The position numbers and the translations under genes were made by a program. Under the pieces are notes generated by a model that was not told where the DNA came from, searched no databases, and worked only from the letters and a program-made list of their open reading frames with translations. Positions 14,121 through 27,800 of a stretch of 64,000 nt of DNA are shown here, piece after piece (the first letter of the stretch is position 1; every line of letters begins with the position of its first letter). The DNA comes from Styela clava (Eukaryota), in assembly GCF_964204865.1 (NCBI RefSeq), contig NC_135250.1, positions 14,694,001-14,758,000 on the forward strand. Direction: 5' to 3'.

Positions 14121-15210
14121 GTCTAGATTTTATAGTTAACATCTAGACTCCAAATTTTACATCTAGATATTGAACAAAATAAATAGATCTAGTCAGTGAT
14201 GAGCTGGGAAAATCGTAACAACCGGAACGCAGCTAATTTGTGAAAATGTAATATATATTTAGAACACAACGCGGACGCTACCACGCTACCAACGCGGACG
14301 CTACTTTCGGGGTCGACCCGCGAAACCACCCCCCTGGCTACGCCGCTGATTATACGTTTTTGCTATACACTGAATATTTGTCTGCTGTAATGTAAAAAGA
14401 ATTATGGCATAACAAAACGTAAGTTAATAAGTAGGTTTACAATATGTAGTAGAACTAGACTTTCTATGACATAATTTTATTTCAACAACCGAAATGCAAA
14501 TGCAATAAAATGTCTAACAACCGGAGCACCGTTCCGAGAAACAGAGAAACAATATATATATATATTCAACGGAAGTATAATATTATGGTCACTAGCGTAT
14601 CGAGAGTGTGCATTGGATCATGTTTTCTTGTACACTGTCATTATTCAAGTATTGAGTTTTTCAAATTGTTTTTAATTTTAAGCCTTTGAACTCTGCTTGA
14701 TTATCTTTGCTTATTTGTTTGTCTAGACTAGAGCAGAACTTTTGTATACACTCAGTTTGCCCATGGACCGTTCCCCGACCTTTGACCCCCGAAAAATTCT
14801 TCCTATATTTTACCATTGCAAAATTTTCGGGGCTGTTTTAAAAGTGCTCTTTCGAGTTGGCACCTGTAAAATTGGGTATGTGTTTCAAACCATCACTATG
14901 ATGCATCGCATACAACAATCTGTTTTTTAAAAGTACCAGTAAAGAATTTTAGCCTAGTCTATCCCAGCTATTTCTGTACTATTTTTTATTACTGCAATTA
15001 AATTAACTTCAAATTTAACTCCTTAGATATTAAATTAACTCCTAGAAAGACAGAGCGATCATTGAATTATCTGATTTATATTTAAGTTTCCGTAACACAA
15101 CAGAAAACTAACGAATAGATTTCAAAAACGCGAAAACGGGGTAATGTTTACAACCACGCTTGAAAATTTGTCTGAGTGTAAATAGTCTGAGTGAGAAAAG
15201 TGACAGAGCG

Positions 15211-15298
15211 GATGCAAAAAGGGAGCATTGTTACGTCACTTTTTGCATCTTACTGATTGGCCAATGTCACGAAATAAACATTGAAGTCACTTCGCGAA
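15211..15298 (+). promoter_or_regulatory. Putative SPT2 proximal promoter elements
   Basis: CRE-like TTACGTCA (15231-15238), palindromic double CCAAT box ATTGGCCAAT (15256-15265) and TTCGCGAA (15291-15298), about 240-320 bp upstream of the ATG. Confidence 0.4.
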
Positions 15299-15533
15299 GG
15301 TGAATGAGCGTTAAGGGGTTTAGTCTAAATTCTCTTTTCAGCTTTTCCTTCTCTGCTAGCTGTGAAATAATTTCTGAAGGTTTGATATAGGCTGCCGAAA
15401 CCGTCTTGCCGCACGCTGCTGTTGAACAGACATCGGCGCAATATTTATGTTTTCACCCTGATTACAGGACTAATACCGTACCTAACTTACCTGCCTACTG
15501 CTGTACTGTACTGTCTGACTGTGCCACTGTGGT

Positions 15534-18500
15534 ATGGATATTAACGATATATTGAATCAAGCAAGAAAAAATACCAAAGAACAAAATGTCGTAAGTATAA
15601 ACCTTTGTCTCTATAGGCACCTAATACCGGTACCAGGTATTATTAAATCTCTACTGCTCCACACACCATCTGACAATGTCTGAATGTGAAACTGTAAAAA
15701 GGGAAGACTGGTAATGGTAAAAATATAGCGTTTAAAAGTTACTACTGGGTAACTGTGAGTTGATAGATTTTAGTCGAATTAGCTGCCCGAGGTGTATAAC
15801 TGACCAATGCCTGAATACTGTCAAGTTCTCACACACTCTTGACCACCACACAAGGTAGGCACTTTTTAGACACTTCTAAAATTGACGTTTATTGACACTC
15901 TGAACAATGTGAAGAAATTAATATTAGACATACTACTGTACTAGCTATTAATATTAGTCATTTTAGCTATCCAAAATGCCTATGCGATGTTTTCACTCGA
16001 ATATAGCAGTTCTAACTTGAAATGGTAACTTTGAACATTTTTCACTTCACGGAAATATTCTATGTAATATTAGGCCTTATATTCTATATTTCGATGTATT
16101 CAGTTATATTTTATATAGCCTAATTTTTTTTAGTCATTCAAGTACAGTACAGATGTTCGTCCTGCAAAGAAGTTGCCTCGTTCAAATGTCAACCCAGAAG
16201 CAATTAAAGCATTTCTCGATAAAAAGAAAAAAAATGAAGTCCATAATTGTAAGTGTAGGAATGTTACAAAACGCGCTTTTTCGCGCTAAAAAATGTACGC
16301 GCCACGTCTGCTAAGTACCGTTACGCCGTGTCAGAATACCGCTCATAAAAACGACTACGGACTGCCTGCTGTTGTTTGGAATTCCATGAAATTTTGACAT
16401 AAACTTAGATAAAATACACAACTATGATTCAGTATTTGAATTTTTTCATTGGCGCATAAATTTTCCAACATTCGGGGCTTTTGAAAATTACGCTGATGTT
16501 ATATGTACTGCAAATTAATGATATTGTCTATGGACACCAATAAAATATATATGGACGCATGTATGTCATTCCTAACTTGATACTTACCAATTTTTATGAA
16601 GTTTGTTCAATCAGAACATCGTTAATTATTACCCGCAACGAGGCACTGCCAAACTAATATGCACAACTCCAGGGTTGATTTGCGACGATCTTCCGACGGC
16701 CTCAATGATCGTTGCCAGAATAAAATCCTAAAATAATCCCAATTTTTCTTAGATGTGACGCACATCGAAAGATTAGTGATTGATATGTATGTGTTCTTTT
16801 TTCATATTCATTAAAGTTCTTGTTAAAAAAAGTCAATTCGCATACGATTACGAAACTGTACAAATTAATTCAAGGCACAGGAAGTATGATCTTAGCACGC
16901 TGTCTGTCAACGCGGATCAGTTATCGATTGAATGTCGACATTTTCCCTCGCAGCGATTTCTCTCGTTTAGCGTTTCACTAAGCGCGTTAATATCTTACGA
17001 GTTAAGGAATATTAAATGATAATTAATCGTTCATTAAGGTCGGATATGAAAAACGATAAATCAGTTAATTGCCGCGTAGGCGGGGACTTGCGTAGTGGGA
17101 AAGTCGTTGCCGACCAGAGGTTATGTAAAGTTTAGAGACTTTCTCGTACATAATTAATTGGAAAGCAGCTAATTTCGTTAAAAAGAATTTGTAAACTTTT
17201 TTGCATTAGGTTCTTCTATTCACAATAACTTTTCATTCCTAATTTTTTTCGATTACCTTCAAAAATAGCCGAGATACATTCTGTTGTTTATCGGTCTGAC
17301 ATTCTCGCGGTCACAGTTTTTGAGTCGGCGCAATACAACCCTTATGGAAAAAATTGGCATATCGAGCGATACTTAAATGCCGATATCTCCGTTAATTCTT
17401 GACCCTTTTTCGCAAACTTGGTATTGTTTTCTTGTTTTCACTTAGATCTATCCACTGGTGTAGTTTTTATTTAAATCGGATGAACTTTAATTTTTTTGTA
17501 ACATGCCTAGTAAGTGTAATATCAATATGGTTATTCTCATCAAGTTTATTTTATTATTTATCCAAAAACACAAGAAACTGAGTTCGCAAAAATCACTCTT
17601 CACCCAACATGTTGTGAAGTTAATCGATAATCAAAGTGTTGTTATTGGAAAATAATCAAATAATCAACTTTAATTAATTTGCTGTTGATGTGTGGTTTAT
17701 TTGTTTAATTACAAACAAATTTATCCATTTGAGAACTTTTTAATATGTCTATCTGTTTTATTTGTTAAATATATATGAGAATCTGAATACCTCGTATTCA
17801 TTATCTTCATTTAACTACTGGTAATAGGCCTATTAAAAATCTAAAGATTTTTTCTGTTTTTGGTTCAAGGATAACTAGTAACAGTTAAGTCCAAAACTCA
17901 CTTAATTTTCAAAGATACCCATATGTATTATTACCAGATGGTTGAAATCACAGTGACTCCATTCCCGGATCGGGAGGCTCATTTTTTAACCTAACTTTTG
18001 AGGTTTTTTGGTATGACGACTTCACGAAACATCAGCCCAAATGCCGTTTCACAGAAGCACAACTAAAAACTATGATATAAAGATTTCAATTTCAGAATCG
18101 ACTTTGACAAAAACTTTTAAATTAATATTAAAATTAAATACAAAAATTGTAAGCAGAGGAGGATAGCTTTACTTATTTATTTAATTAGAAGTATTGAAAA
18201 ATCATGATGGAAAAAATAATTAGATGGTTTTGCCGTATTAGAGGTAAGCAGGAGCTGAATCCGGTAAATTTTTTTGCCAGCCTTGGCTCCAGGCTCTGGC
18301 TCTTCATCCCTAATTATTATTAATACTCATTTATATAACTGTTGTGACATTTGATGAAACATATATATTCATGTTATGAATTCCACAATATTTTTAACTT
18401 CTGGTAAAGATCTGAGCCTACATGAACATAGACTAATAATATTCACATTATTGGCTATTGTTATTTTTGAAAACAATATTGAAAATTTCATCCATTTTCA

Positions 18501-21500
18501 AGTGGTCGAAGCACAGAAGAAGAAAGAGGGACTGCAAAAATTAAGGGACGAATCTAAAACAACAAGGAAAGCAAATTCCATGGCAAAACGCACCAAAGAT
18601 AATTTGAAGGTTTGGTTTAAACAATGCAATGCTCATTAAATATCCATTATCAAAATCTTTGATTTTTTTAATAGTAATTTGGAATTATTAGTAACATTCA
18701 CCTCATTGTTGTCTTTCGCCATGAAAGCGGTCTCCTCTCAAGACAACTAGACTGAAAATACAGTCTAGTATATGGCGCCGTATTTTCTTTGATCACATAT
18801 CAGAAATAGGCTCAACCACCCGCAACCCTTGTTAGGTATTTCTGTTCTACATTGCACACACACACAGCTTCAGTCAACTATCACTATCACCTGGTGCAAA
18901 TCACACTCTATGAATTCTTTCGATAATTTTCCATGAATCTTACGAACTGGAAATCTTTTTTCCTAGTAATCAGTTTTTCTTGTTACAGGTTTACAAAGGC
19001 GAGGATGTATTGGGTATTTATGCAGAACCAAAAAAAAGGAGACGTAGGGGCGGACATTCGCCGCTGCGGCTTTCACCTGAAGCAGACAGAAAGCATGGAG
19101 CATTTATGAAGAGTATTTCCAAGGTAAGGTTTAAGATAATGATTGGTAGCACAAATGTGCTCTGAGTTTGTTTGCATTGGGTTGATTATTTATATTTAAT
19201 ATGTTGCAATGTTGTAGTAGAATTTACATTGAGATATCATACTGATGATGGTAATGTGTTTTGTCGGAAGTAATGCCATTTATCAGTGGAATTGAATGTA
19301 CCTAAATATTATGTTATTTTTTATCTGCATATTGGAAAATCTTATTCTCCAGTTAGAGTTTGATTCATTTCAGCTTCACAACATTGAAAATCGAGTCAAT
19401 AATTGGAAATTATTTTTGTAAATTCAGATCAAAGTTCCGGGCATAAATGATGATGAAAGTGATGAAGATGAATACAAGGAACCTGTTCTTGAACAAGATG
19501 AGAGAAAAATAAGGAAGCTAGAAAAAAAAAAGGCAAAAGCAAGATCTGCTTCTAACCTTGAATTTGGTGATCTTCTGCAACTTGCTGAGAAACATAAAAA
19601 TAAAGTTGACTGTCCTTCGTCTGATTCAGAAAACAGTGATAGTGACTCAGGGGAAGATTCAGATGGTACTTAAAAATATTGTCTTTCAACATTGATCTAT
19701 TATGTAAAGCAGGAGTGTGCAAACTGCGGCCCGCGGGCCAAATGCGACCTATAAATTGTCGGCCCGCAAAACGAATTCTTAATTTAGTTTAATCTGGAAC
19801 ACATGAGTAATTCCCTTTGCGTTGCCAAACTTATACTCCAGTCCAATCTATTATTGATGCCAATGATGTTACAATACCCTAACAGCTAGCTTGTGCGAAG
19901 CGAACAACGCATGTCATAACATCAATATCCAAAATTTTTGTCTGTGCACCCCCTGATGTAGAGCATAGGCTAATTTTTATTAGAAAACAGTAGTTTCGTA
20001 GAATCTTACTGGCTTTAGCATTTTTTTTAAATCCATGATGTTTGATACTTTTTGCGTCATCGGAATTATCATTAGGCAGCAATGATATGCAAGTGTTATT
20101 AAGAGCTAAAAGGTCTAGGAATACCCAAACGAGTTGTAATTACTTAATTGAAATACATAAAATTCTATATCGTTGTTTCATGGGTAATGTAGTGACGATT
20201 TAGTCATTTGTCAAAGTGCCATGAACTAACTTTTATCCTTGGATTTCACTGAGTGACCTACATATTTTCAGGTAGTACAGATAAGTATGGACGACCTTTG
20301 ACTGCTGAAGAAAAATATCAAAGAGAGAGAATGAAAAGAAGAGAACTGGAGGAGAGGCTAAAATGTGCAAGTGGTGAGATTGAGCATCATCGGTTAACAG
20401 ATTTGTTATCAGCTTGAAAATCAATATTCCGTAGTAAATATTATAGTTGATATATTCCTTATGCTTGAATGAAAGTGTATTAATTCCTTAGCTATGCTTT
20501 ATGTAACATTATTTCTCAGCTCCCAAAGCAACACCGACAAACATGAATTCCCATAAATCAAAACCTTCTAGTGGTTTTCTTCCGAACTTTAAAATTGGAA
20601 AATTGAGTTCTGGAATGTCCGAAGAAAGCAAGCGTGCTAAGGTGAGGGTTTCATAACATAATATTACATAATTAACAGGTAATACGTCTTTTGTCTATGT
20701 AATTGTAAACCATTATTCATGACACTAGTATATGATCAGGCCATTTCCTCCTGCTTGCTCTCTTAAAGTTGTACTAATATCTGACACATTTTTAGTTTGT
20801 GCTGCCACCGAGTTTCCACTTTTGTTTTTATAAGGTAAAACTTCTGATGGATAAGTTGAAAAAGACTTCTGCGGAAAAGGGGAATGATGATCAGAGTGAA
20901 AATAAAGGATCGTCCAAGCAAAGAAAGGCACATTCTGACAAAAAAATGCACAAAAGTCATTCAACACCATCTTTAACACAACTAGACAAACAGAAAGATA
21001 AAAGGGTTAAAGAAGGGATGCGAAAACCTAAACCAAGTGGAATCAATAATACAAAGACAAAAGAAAGCTCAACAAGATCTAAAGATGAAAAGTTAAAAGG
21101 TCTTCCTGATTCTAGATTAATGTTGTCTAAAGCATCGTCATCGAAAAATTCGCAAATGATAAGAAAAGAAAAACATGTTAGACCATCATCCGACAGTGAA
21201 GCAAAACAAACACACATTGAAAATCACTTTAAACCAAGGAAGAAACAGTTACAAGGTAGCAGTAATTTAAAGTCATCAACACATAAACGAATAGAGGAAA
21301 AATCCATAACAAATCCATATAAACACACTGTAGTTAAGCCTTCAACAGCTACTAAGAGAACTGCTGATACACTGGTTGATCCATGGTCAAAATCGAATAA
21401 AGGTAAGCATTATTATTTTTTTTTTTAAATTTTGTTTTATAGTCCTATTTAGACTCATAGAAAACTACATATATTGGTAAAATATTCTAAATAATTTTGA

Positions 21501-23598
21501 TAATGAGCAACAGTCATTGCATTAAAAAATAACCAAACTACCATAATAATTTATTTTAATATCATCACCATTAGCATTACACACTTCACATAAACCTATA
21601 ACCTAACTTTTGAAACTTCAAATATATTGCTAGTCAGTCGTCAGCCGCGGTGCTTGTTACCCATTTGCTGTGGTCGTCTAACTCATAAAAAAGGAACAGA
21701 TTACTCGCTAAATATCCCAACTTTCATGAAAATTTTCTTGAATTCCATCACTGCATACTGCTCGTGATTGACTATCTGTTCATCCATTTAAAATGTTTAA
21801 AGTTAAAAAAAAAACTGCTTTTCTTCCTTCTTATAATCAGGTGCTGGTGCATGTTCAAACACTGTTAAAAAAATGAAAATGAAATCTTCGGAGCAACATA
21901 TTCCAGCAAAAAAAGCATGCACGCTAAGTGTTACAAGTGAATCCGTTCGTACAAATTATCCCGGAGTTGCTCAAGCTGATCCATACATCCAAGCATACAG
22001 GAAAAATGGGAAAGTGATACGTAAGGCATTTAGGACTTTATGATTTCCGATAATTGTAACTAACAGAATTATTATTGCCCAGGAGGTCATTTGGAACATA
22101 TTCTAGAGCAGGTGGGCGAGGGTTTTGGACTTGGGACCACAAATTTTGCCCATCTAGACCGGCGGGCCATGTGAGTGTGACGTAAAAGTTACATTTTATG
22201 AACAATATTTACAGTGTTACCAAAGCAAAAGGGGTAAACAATAATTGCCTTGTGACCAAACTAATTTAATCATAATTTCAACAAATTCCTTGAATTATTT
22301 TTAGCTAAAACATCGAAATTTGGTTTTAGTTTGGTTGTGGCAGCATCAGGCGGGCCAGATTGAACTACCCAAGGGGCCGGATTTGGCCCGCTGGCCGCAG
22401 TTTTCCCATTGGGCAACTTTTGAGCAAAGCCTCTTGATTACTGAAACTTTTGGGTACAATTATACACAAGCAGATGTTCAAGTTATGAATAAATTTTCCT
22501 AATTTTGATAGAAGTAAAGTAATTGATAAATTTATTGGTTCCTTTTTATGTCACCCTATGTTGACGCAGGCATGTATTCATTTTCTTACGATTATTTACC
22601 TTGAGTCTGTATATATTTGATATATTCTTCAGCTAAGTTAACACCAGAAATGGTTGCTCGGTGCAAAGCTGTCATTGCAAGAAAACTACAGCAAGATGGA
22701 AAGGTTCCACATGGGAGGGGTCACCACCCACCACCAACAAAGCAGAGATACGGCGTTATTGCAGATGATGACAGTGATGAATATGATTCTGAATTAGATG
22801 ACTTTATCGTTGACGAGGAAGACGAACAAGGTTTGATTTGTTTTATATAGAACTCAATACTTATTATATGAATAGATTTTCATAGAGTTTCGATTGAAAA
22901 TCAAATTTTTAAAAACATTGAGGATATTGAAAACAGATTTTGGTATCAGGATTATTTACGTCTTTGATGCCTGTTATGCTGACTTGAAATAAACCTATTA
23001 TATTGGTATTCTTACTACTTGTGCTTGTTTCCAGTTGTTGATGATGATGAAGTTGACGTGTCTTCTCATATAAAAGCTATCTTCGGATATGATAAATTAA
23101 AGTATGGACGAGAGAGTGAATGGGAGTTATCAAGGATGGATGCCAGTTATAAAGATATTGAAAAAGAAGAGAAAAGAAGGTATTTTTCTTTTTTTTTCTA
23201 CTTTGTCTTATGAAATGTTCGTCTAGATTCTAGAATACTTAATACTGTTCTCTACTGTGATGCTTTATTCCATAGTTGTTGGGAATTTGTAAGAAATCTG
23301 AGATTTGAGAAAATGTTGAACACCCGTTCATACGTTCTTCTTGCAACATCTTTATTCTATTACTATGGAAAATGAATGTAAACTTTTCTCAGCATGATAT
23401 AAATATGCATGATACATCTGTGGGTCATTTTTGGTAGCATCTATGCCATTGAGAGTATAAAGAGTATCTTGTTGAATATTACCTAGTTATTTTATGGAAT
23501 TAATTTGTAGTTTAAGGATAGCGAGAGAAGAGGATGCTCGAGAAGCAAAACTTGAAGAGGAAAGGATGAAAAAATTATTGAAAAAAAACAAAAGATAA
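15534..23598 (+). CDS. SPTY2D1: Protein SPT2 homolog (histone H3/H4 chaperone). Exons: 15534-15590, 16134-16248, 18503-18609, 18989-19123, 19428-19665, 20272-20373, 20520-20641, 20835-21402, 21841-22020, 22633-22830, 23035-23179, 23511-23598
   Basis: N-terminus MDINDILNQARK..KYSTDVRPAKK..AIKAFL, then MAKRTKDN, FGDLLQLAEK and RPLTAEE motifs, and a C-terminal SPT2 domain (EYDSELDDFIVDE..VSSHIKAIFGYDKLKY..MDASYKDIEKEEKRSLRIAREED). All junctions are GT-AG and in phase. TAA at 23596-23598. Confidence 0.92.
19710..19955. mobile_element. hAT (Charlie-like) MITE in SPT2 intron
   Basis: TIRs CAGGAGTGTGCAAAC / GTGCACCCCCTG, GCGGCCCGCGGGCC subterminal motifs, 8-bp TSD ATGTAAAG/ATGTAGAG (7/8). Confidence 0.8.
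22109..22413. mobile_element. Degenerate hAT (Charlie-like) MITE in SPT2 intron
   Basis: Left end CAGGTGGGC after TTCTAGAG, internal GCGGGCC repeats and 3' GGGCCGGATTTGGCCCGCTGGCCGCAGTTTTCCCA; right TIR eroded. Confidence 0.6.
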
Positions 23599-24191
23599 CA
23601 CGGATCTTTTTTTCTGTGCTTCATTGACGATTCGTCATAAAATTCAATCATAAACCCATAACTGTATAAAAATGTTGAGTAAACGCAAAAATTGAATATA
23701 TTTTATTTGAGTGCAATTAAAAGCATTTGCTTGTTGTTTTGATTGATATGATTGATCTCTTGGTCGTTACCGATGCTTATAAGTTTAAGGCGATACTGAT
23801 ATTAAACTATTTTCAGTATTTTTTCATGATTATCATTCGAATGAGACAGCTGTTTTCATTTTTATTGTTTTTTTTTATCATTAAGACTCAAATACTCTGG
23901 TTCAAATTTTTTTTCGAGCATCTTGCTATCTGAAAAACATTTTTGCCAATAGCCTGATAAAAGGGTTTTTAAAAGGGTATTGAAAACGTATCTTATTTGA
24001 CAATAGAGATATATCATATTATGATGGCTACTAATTATCGTACTAAATTTGAGGACTTTGTTATGTTGGGAAATTATGTTTAATGTCAATATCCATGTTT
24101 CGTTTTCTCGCTTCAATAATCTAACGAACTATGACAACGGAAGGTTAACTTTTGTAAAATGAAACATTATTTGGACCTTCTGAAGTATGTG

Positions 24192-24262
24192 CACCAAGAT
24201 GTCGTACAACCTGAACTCCGGTTGTGTACCAGGTTAGGGTTCAAGTTTGTGACATCTTGGTG
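24192..24262. repeat. Short hairpin MITE-like element with TTAGGG-containing loop
   Basis: CACCAAGATGTCGTACAACCTGAAC ... GTTCAAGTTTGTGACATCTTGGTG inverted repeat around TGTGTACCAGGTTAGGG; the same core recurs at about 57296-57316. Confidence 0.6.
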
Positions 24263-24848
24263 AGCAGGAGTACCAAGTTTTCCTATTGAATTGCTTAACT
24301 TTTGATGCCAGTTAGTTATATGGTGATGCTTCTTTATATTTGATCTTATAATGTTAAATTGCTTTTATTTATGAAATGTCTATTGTTTGTATTGTCTATG
24401 CTGAATTAAACTGCTTGTGATGGAGAGTATTCAATTACACTGCAATTTCAATATTTGGGAGTATGTAAATTGTAAACCAATGGGATTATCGCGGGTGCCA
24501 ATTGTCCCTATTAATGCTGATTCAACAAATGTGGAGTATTTCAGACTTCTGCAGCACAAAGTGGGATGGGGGCGTTTTCAAAAGGCTCCAGTGTGATGCA
24601 TTTGGTGTTCAACCTGCCAAAGTATATATAATATGCTAGCGTGCATTATTTATAAATGATCTTCCTTCGTATGATCACATAGCTTGAGATCTTTCAATTT
24701 TCCACGCCAAGTTGGGACTCGATAAGTGCACTAACGACCGGTGGTTCCCCCAAATAACAAAAACAACGTTTTCTTTTTAGATCTATATCTTACTAACATA
24801 AAAGTCGATTAATTTCAATCTTGACGTCCATAATCCGTCGCCAGGTTA

Positions 24849-27800
24849 TTAAATATTATTTGAAGATTTCTCATCTTCGCTCTCTAGGCGTGACTGTTCA
24901 ATAACCCACATTCCTCCTCTGAGCGTGACCCCTAGACCGGATTTTCCCCCATTATTTAATGATTGAGTTTGCGATGTCCTATCTGCTTCCTCTTTTGCAA
25001 TTCTAATTTGCTCTTTGACTATTTCGGCTTCTTTTTTCCAAAGTTCCAAATTGGCATTGCAAAGATTCAGCAAATCTTCGCATTCTGGAAGTGCTTGAAC
25101 CAACGTTTCGTAGCAGCGCAGTGTAACATTCGTCGAAAATCCAACCTTAAAAATAAATAATCCGAGTTCGATTGTAAGTACAGTCGAGTTTTTACATTTG
25201 TTTCTTCGTTCCATTCTCAAAAAAGACACACCCATTGTACAACTTGAAATCAATGCGCTCACCTGCCCTTCAGGTATATCATACTGTAGATCTCGATCCA
25301 TCATTGGCAAGTAAGAAAATCCATGTTTCTTCCTCAAGTCTCCTTCAGCCCAAAACTCTTCGTATAAATCGTAAACTGTGGCTTTTGTAACTTCCCAACT
25401 TTTGGCATTTGAACACAAATCACACGCAGTCATCATCATGCTCGTGAGAGAGTGCCTAAACAAATAACCACATCTTTAACTTCTGTAATTTTACATCAAA
25501 TTTGTTAACAATAAAAGAAGTACCATGCACCTGTGAGTATGGTTCTTTATATCAAATTCGTCATTACTGAGCAGATCGTTAAGCACTCTCTGATTTGAGA
25601 AGAACAACGCCAAGTCGGTAGCTAATATGGCATCCATCATTAAACCGAGCAAAAAATCATAGGATTTTTGATCCATTCTGGAGAAAATTTGATGACCCTC
25701 TTGATTTAAAATTGTCAAAAGCATTTGATAGTGGTGTTGTTCCATTGTTGACGTCGGATAAAGCGCGGCCAGAGGGTGTTCAATCTTTTGTAAATACTGA
25801 TTGGAGAATGCTCTGTGATCCACATCATGAGCTATACAAGCAACTACTAATCCCACCATTTCTAATTTGGAAAATATTCCCTCCGTGCGTTTTAGAATAC
25901 AATACATGCAATGCGCAACGGTCACTGCATGTTTCCAATTGTGATATGGTTTGTTTCTGTAGTTTTTTCTTATTGCTAAAGTGAATCTTGCCAGATCTTC
26001 AGCTGGTATTGCAAAGTCCGGAGAACTAAGATCATTCACAATGTGTATGAAAAATCCCGGTAGTTCAATGTCGTAAGATGCGACTGAAAATTGAAACCTG
26101 AATGTACATAAAACAAAAATCTGAATCTTTATATGATATATAGATATATTCGTGTGACTTGACTTTAGTATAGTTTTGTTTTTTGCATTGCATTCACACC
26201 AAAGCATTTTGACAGTCTACACTCAGTGGTTCCCAACCTTTCTACCCTGGCGGACCGAAATGTACTCGCGGACCGGCAAAAATTAGAATGAGTGGAACAG
26301 AAAATAATAACATAATATTTGCATGGTGTCAGGCAATCACTATGCTTTTAAAAAAAAGATACACTTAAAAACGTTACACATGAAGAAAAACTATCAAACA
26401 ATGTGCCCGCCAAAAAATGAAATGGGGGAAACATAAAATAATAACATTCCATTATGCGTAAAAAAAGGCACACATCTCACATAAAAACATGTACATGCCA
26501 AATCATGTATAAATGCAATTAACTCCAGTGAGAATTTCACTACTGTTTCGTTTCCATTACAGCAGGGGTTCTCAACCTGGGGTTCGCGAACCCCCAGGGG
26601 TTCACGAGAAGATTTCCAGGGGTACTTGGATGGCAGTCGAGTTTTCGTGTGTTGCTATTTTTTAATATCCTTATTACTACCAGAGAAAAATGCGTGAAAA
26701 AATTGAAACTCAGCGTAGATTTTCCCTGATCTTGCGCTGTTGTGATTATGACTCAACAATGTGAATTCACGGCTTTGCAGGTAAACTGTGAAATCTCAAA
26801 AGACAGTGTGCTGCGAGTAGGGATGTTCGTATCCGAATACTAAACTATTCTAGAATGCTTCTGAAAAAACATTTCGAATATCGTTAAACTAAATTAACAG
26901 AACCAAATCAATACTGCACCAATTTTTTCCCAACATAGGTGAAGTTATTTTTTGGAATTGCTCATTTTCACCAGTGCTTTTTTTTTTTATATCAAATCAT
27001 GGTTGCAATGTAGGAATTTAAGAAGCTTCTACGTGCTTTTCAGTTAAAAAATTATGGAATTGAGATGACATGTGTTGCAACTTGCAAGCATTGTGGTATA
27101 TTTAAATTACTTAAATAAGCTTTACAAACAAGATAAAACAGTCAAATAGCTATACCAATCAGAGACAACCTAATTCAACCCACAAATTGCCGAACTGATA
27201 AGCAAGATTTGCGTTGGAATAAACAGCAAATAATATTTGCAAAAGCCGTTTAAATTGAAAATTGTTATTCGTAAATAAATCCGCTTGTTTTTCATATTTT
27301 GTTGCGACGTTGTAAACGTTTCCATAATCATTACAAACATCTTAAGAACATATCTGGACACAATTTATCCCATGTCTGTCTCGAATCTAGGCCAGATGCT
27401 CTATTAAAAGCGCAGAATAATTTCCTATGAAATTTTCAAAACACCGACTGCGATTTTCACAACACTAATTTTGTTATCAAAATCACCGATTGTTCAAAAT
27501 CGGAAATTCCCATGCAACGGTTACTAAAACGATCGTCGAGATTATATGACATTTTCAGCCTACAATAACTTTTATGTGGCGTAAAATATTTAATCCCGAC
27601 AACTACAGGAATTTTAAATGTCCTTCTATATTAATTTAATTGTGTTCAGTGTAACTTGTTGTTGCGTCGACTTGCGACAAAATAAAAGGTTTCTACTGTA
27701 ATATACCACGGCAATCTGTGGACATAATAACGCGAGGTGAAAATTACCATGGCAATCCGCGGACATAAAAGTGTGTGGTAACGTGCTTGATAATATCGTG

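Noticed and set aside
16570-17620. Probable DNA-transposon-derived block in SPT2 intron 2
   Set aside because: The composition looks repeat-like but I could not find matching TIRs or a TSD.
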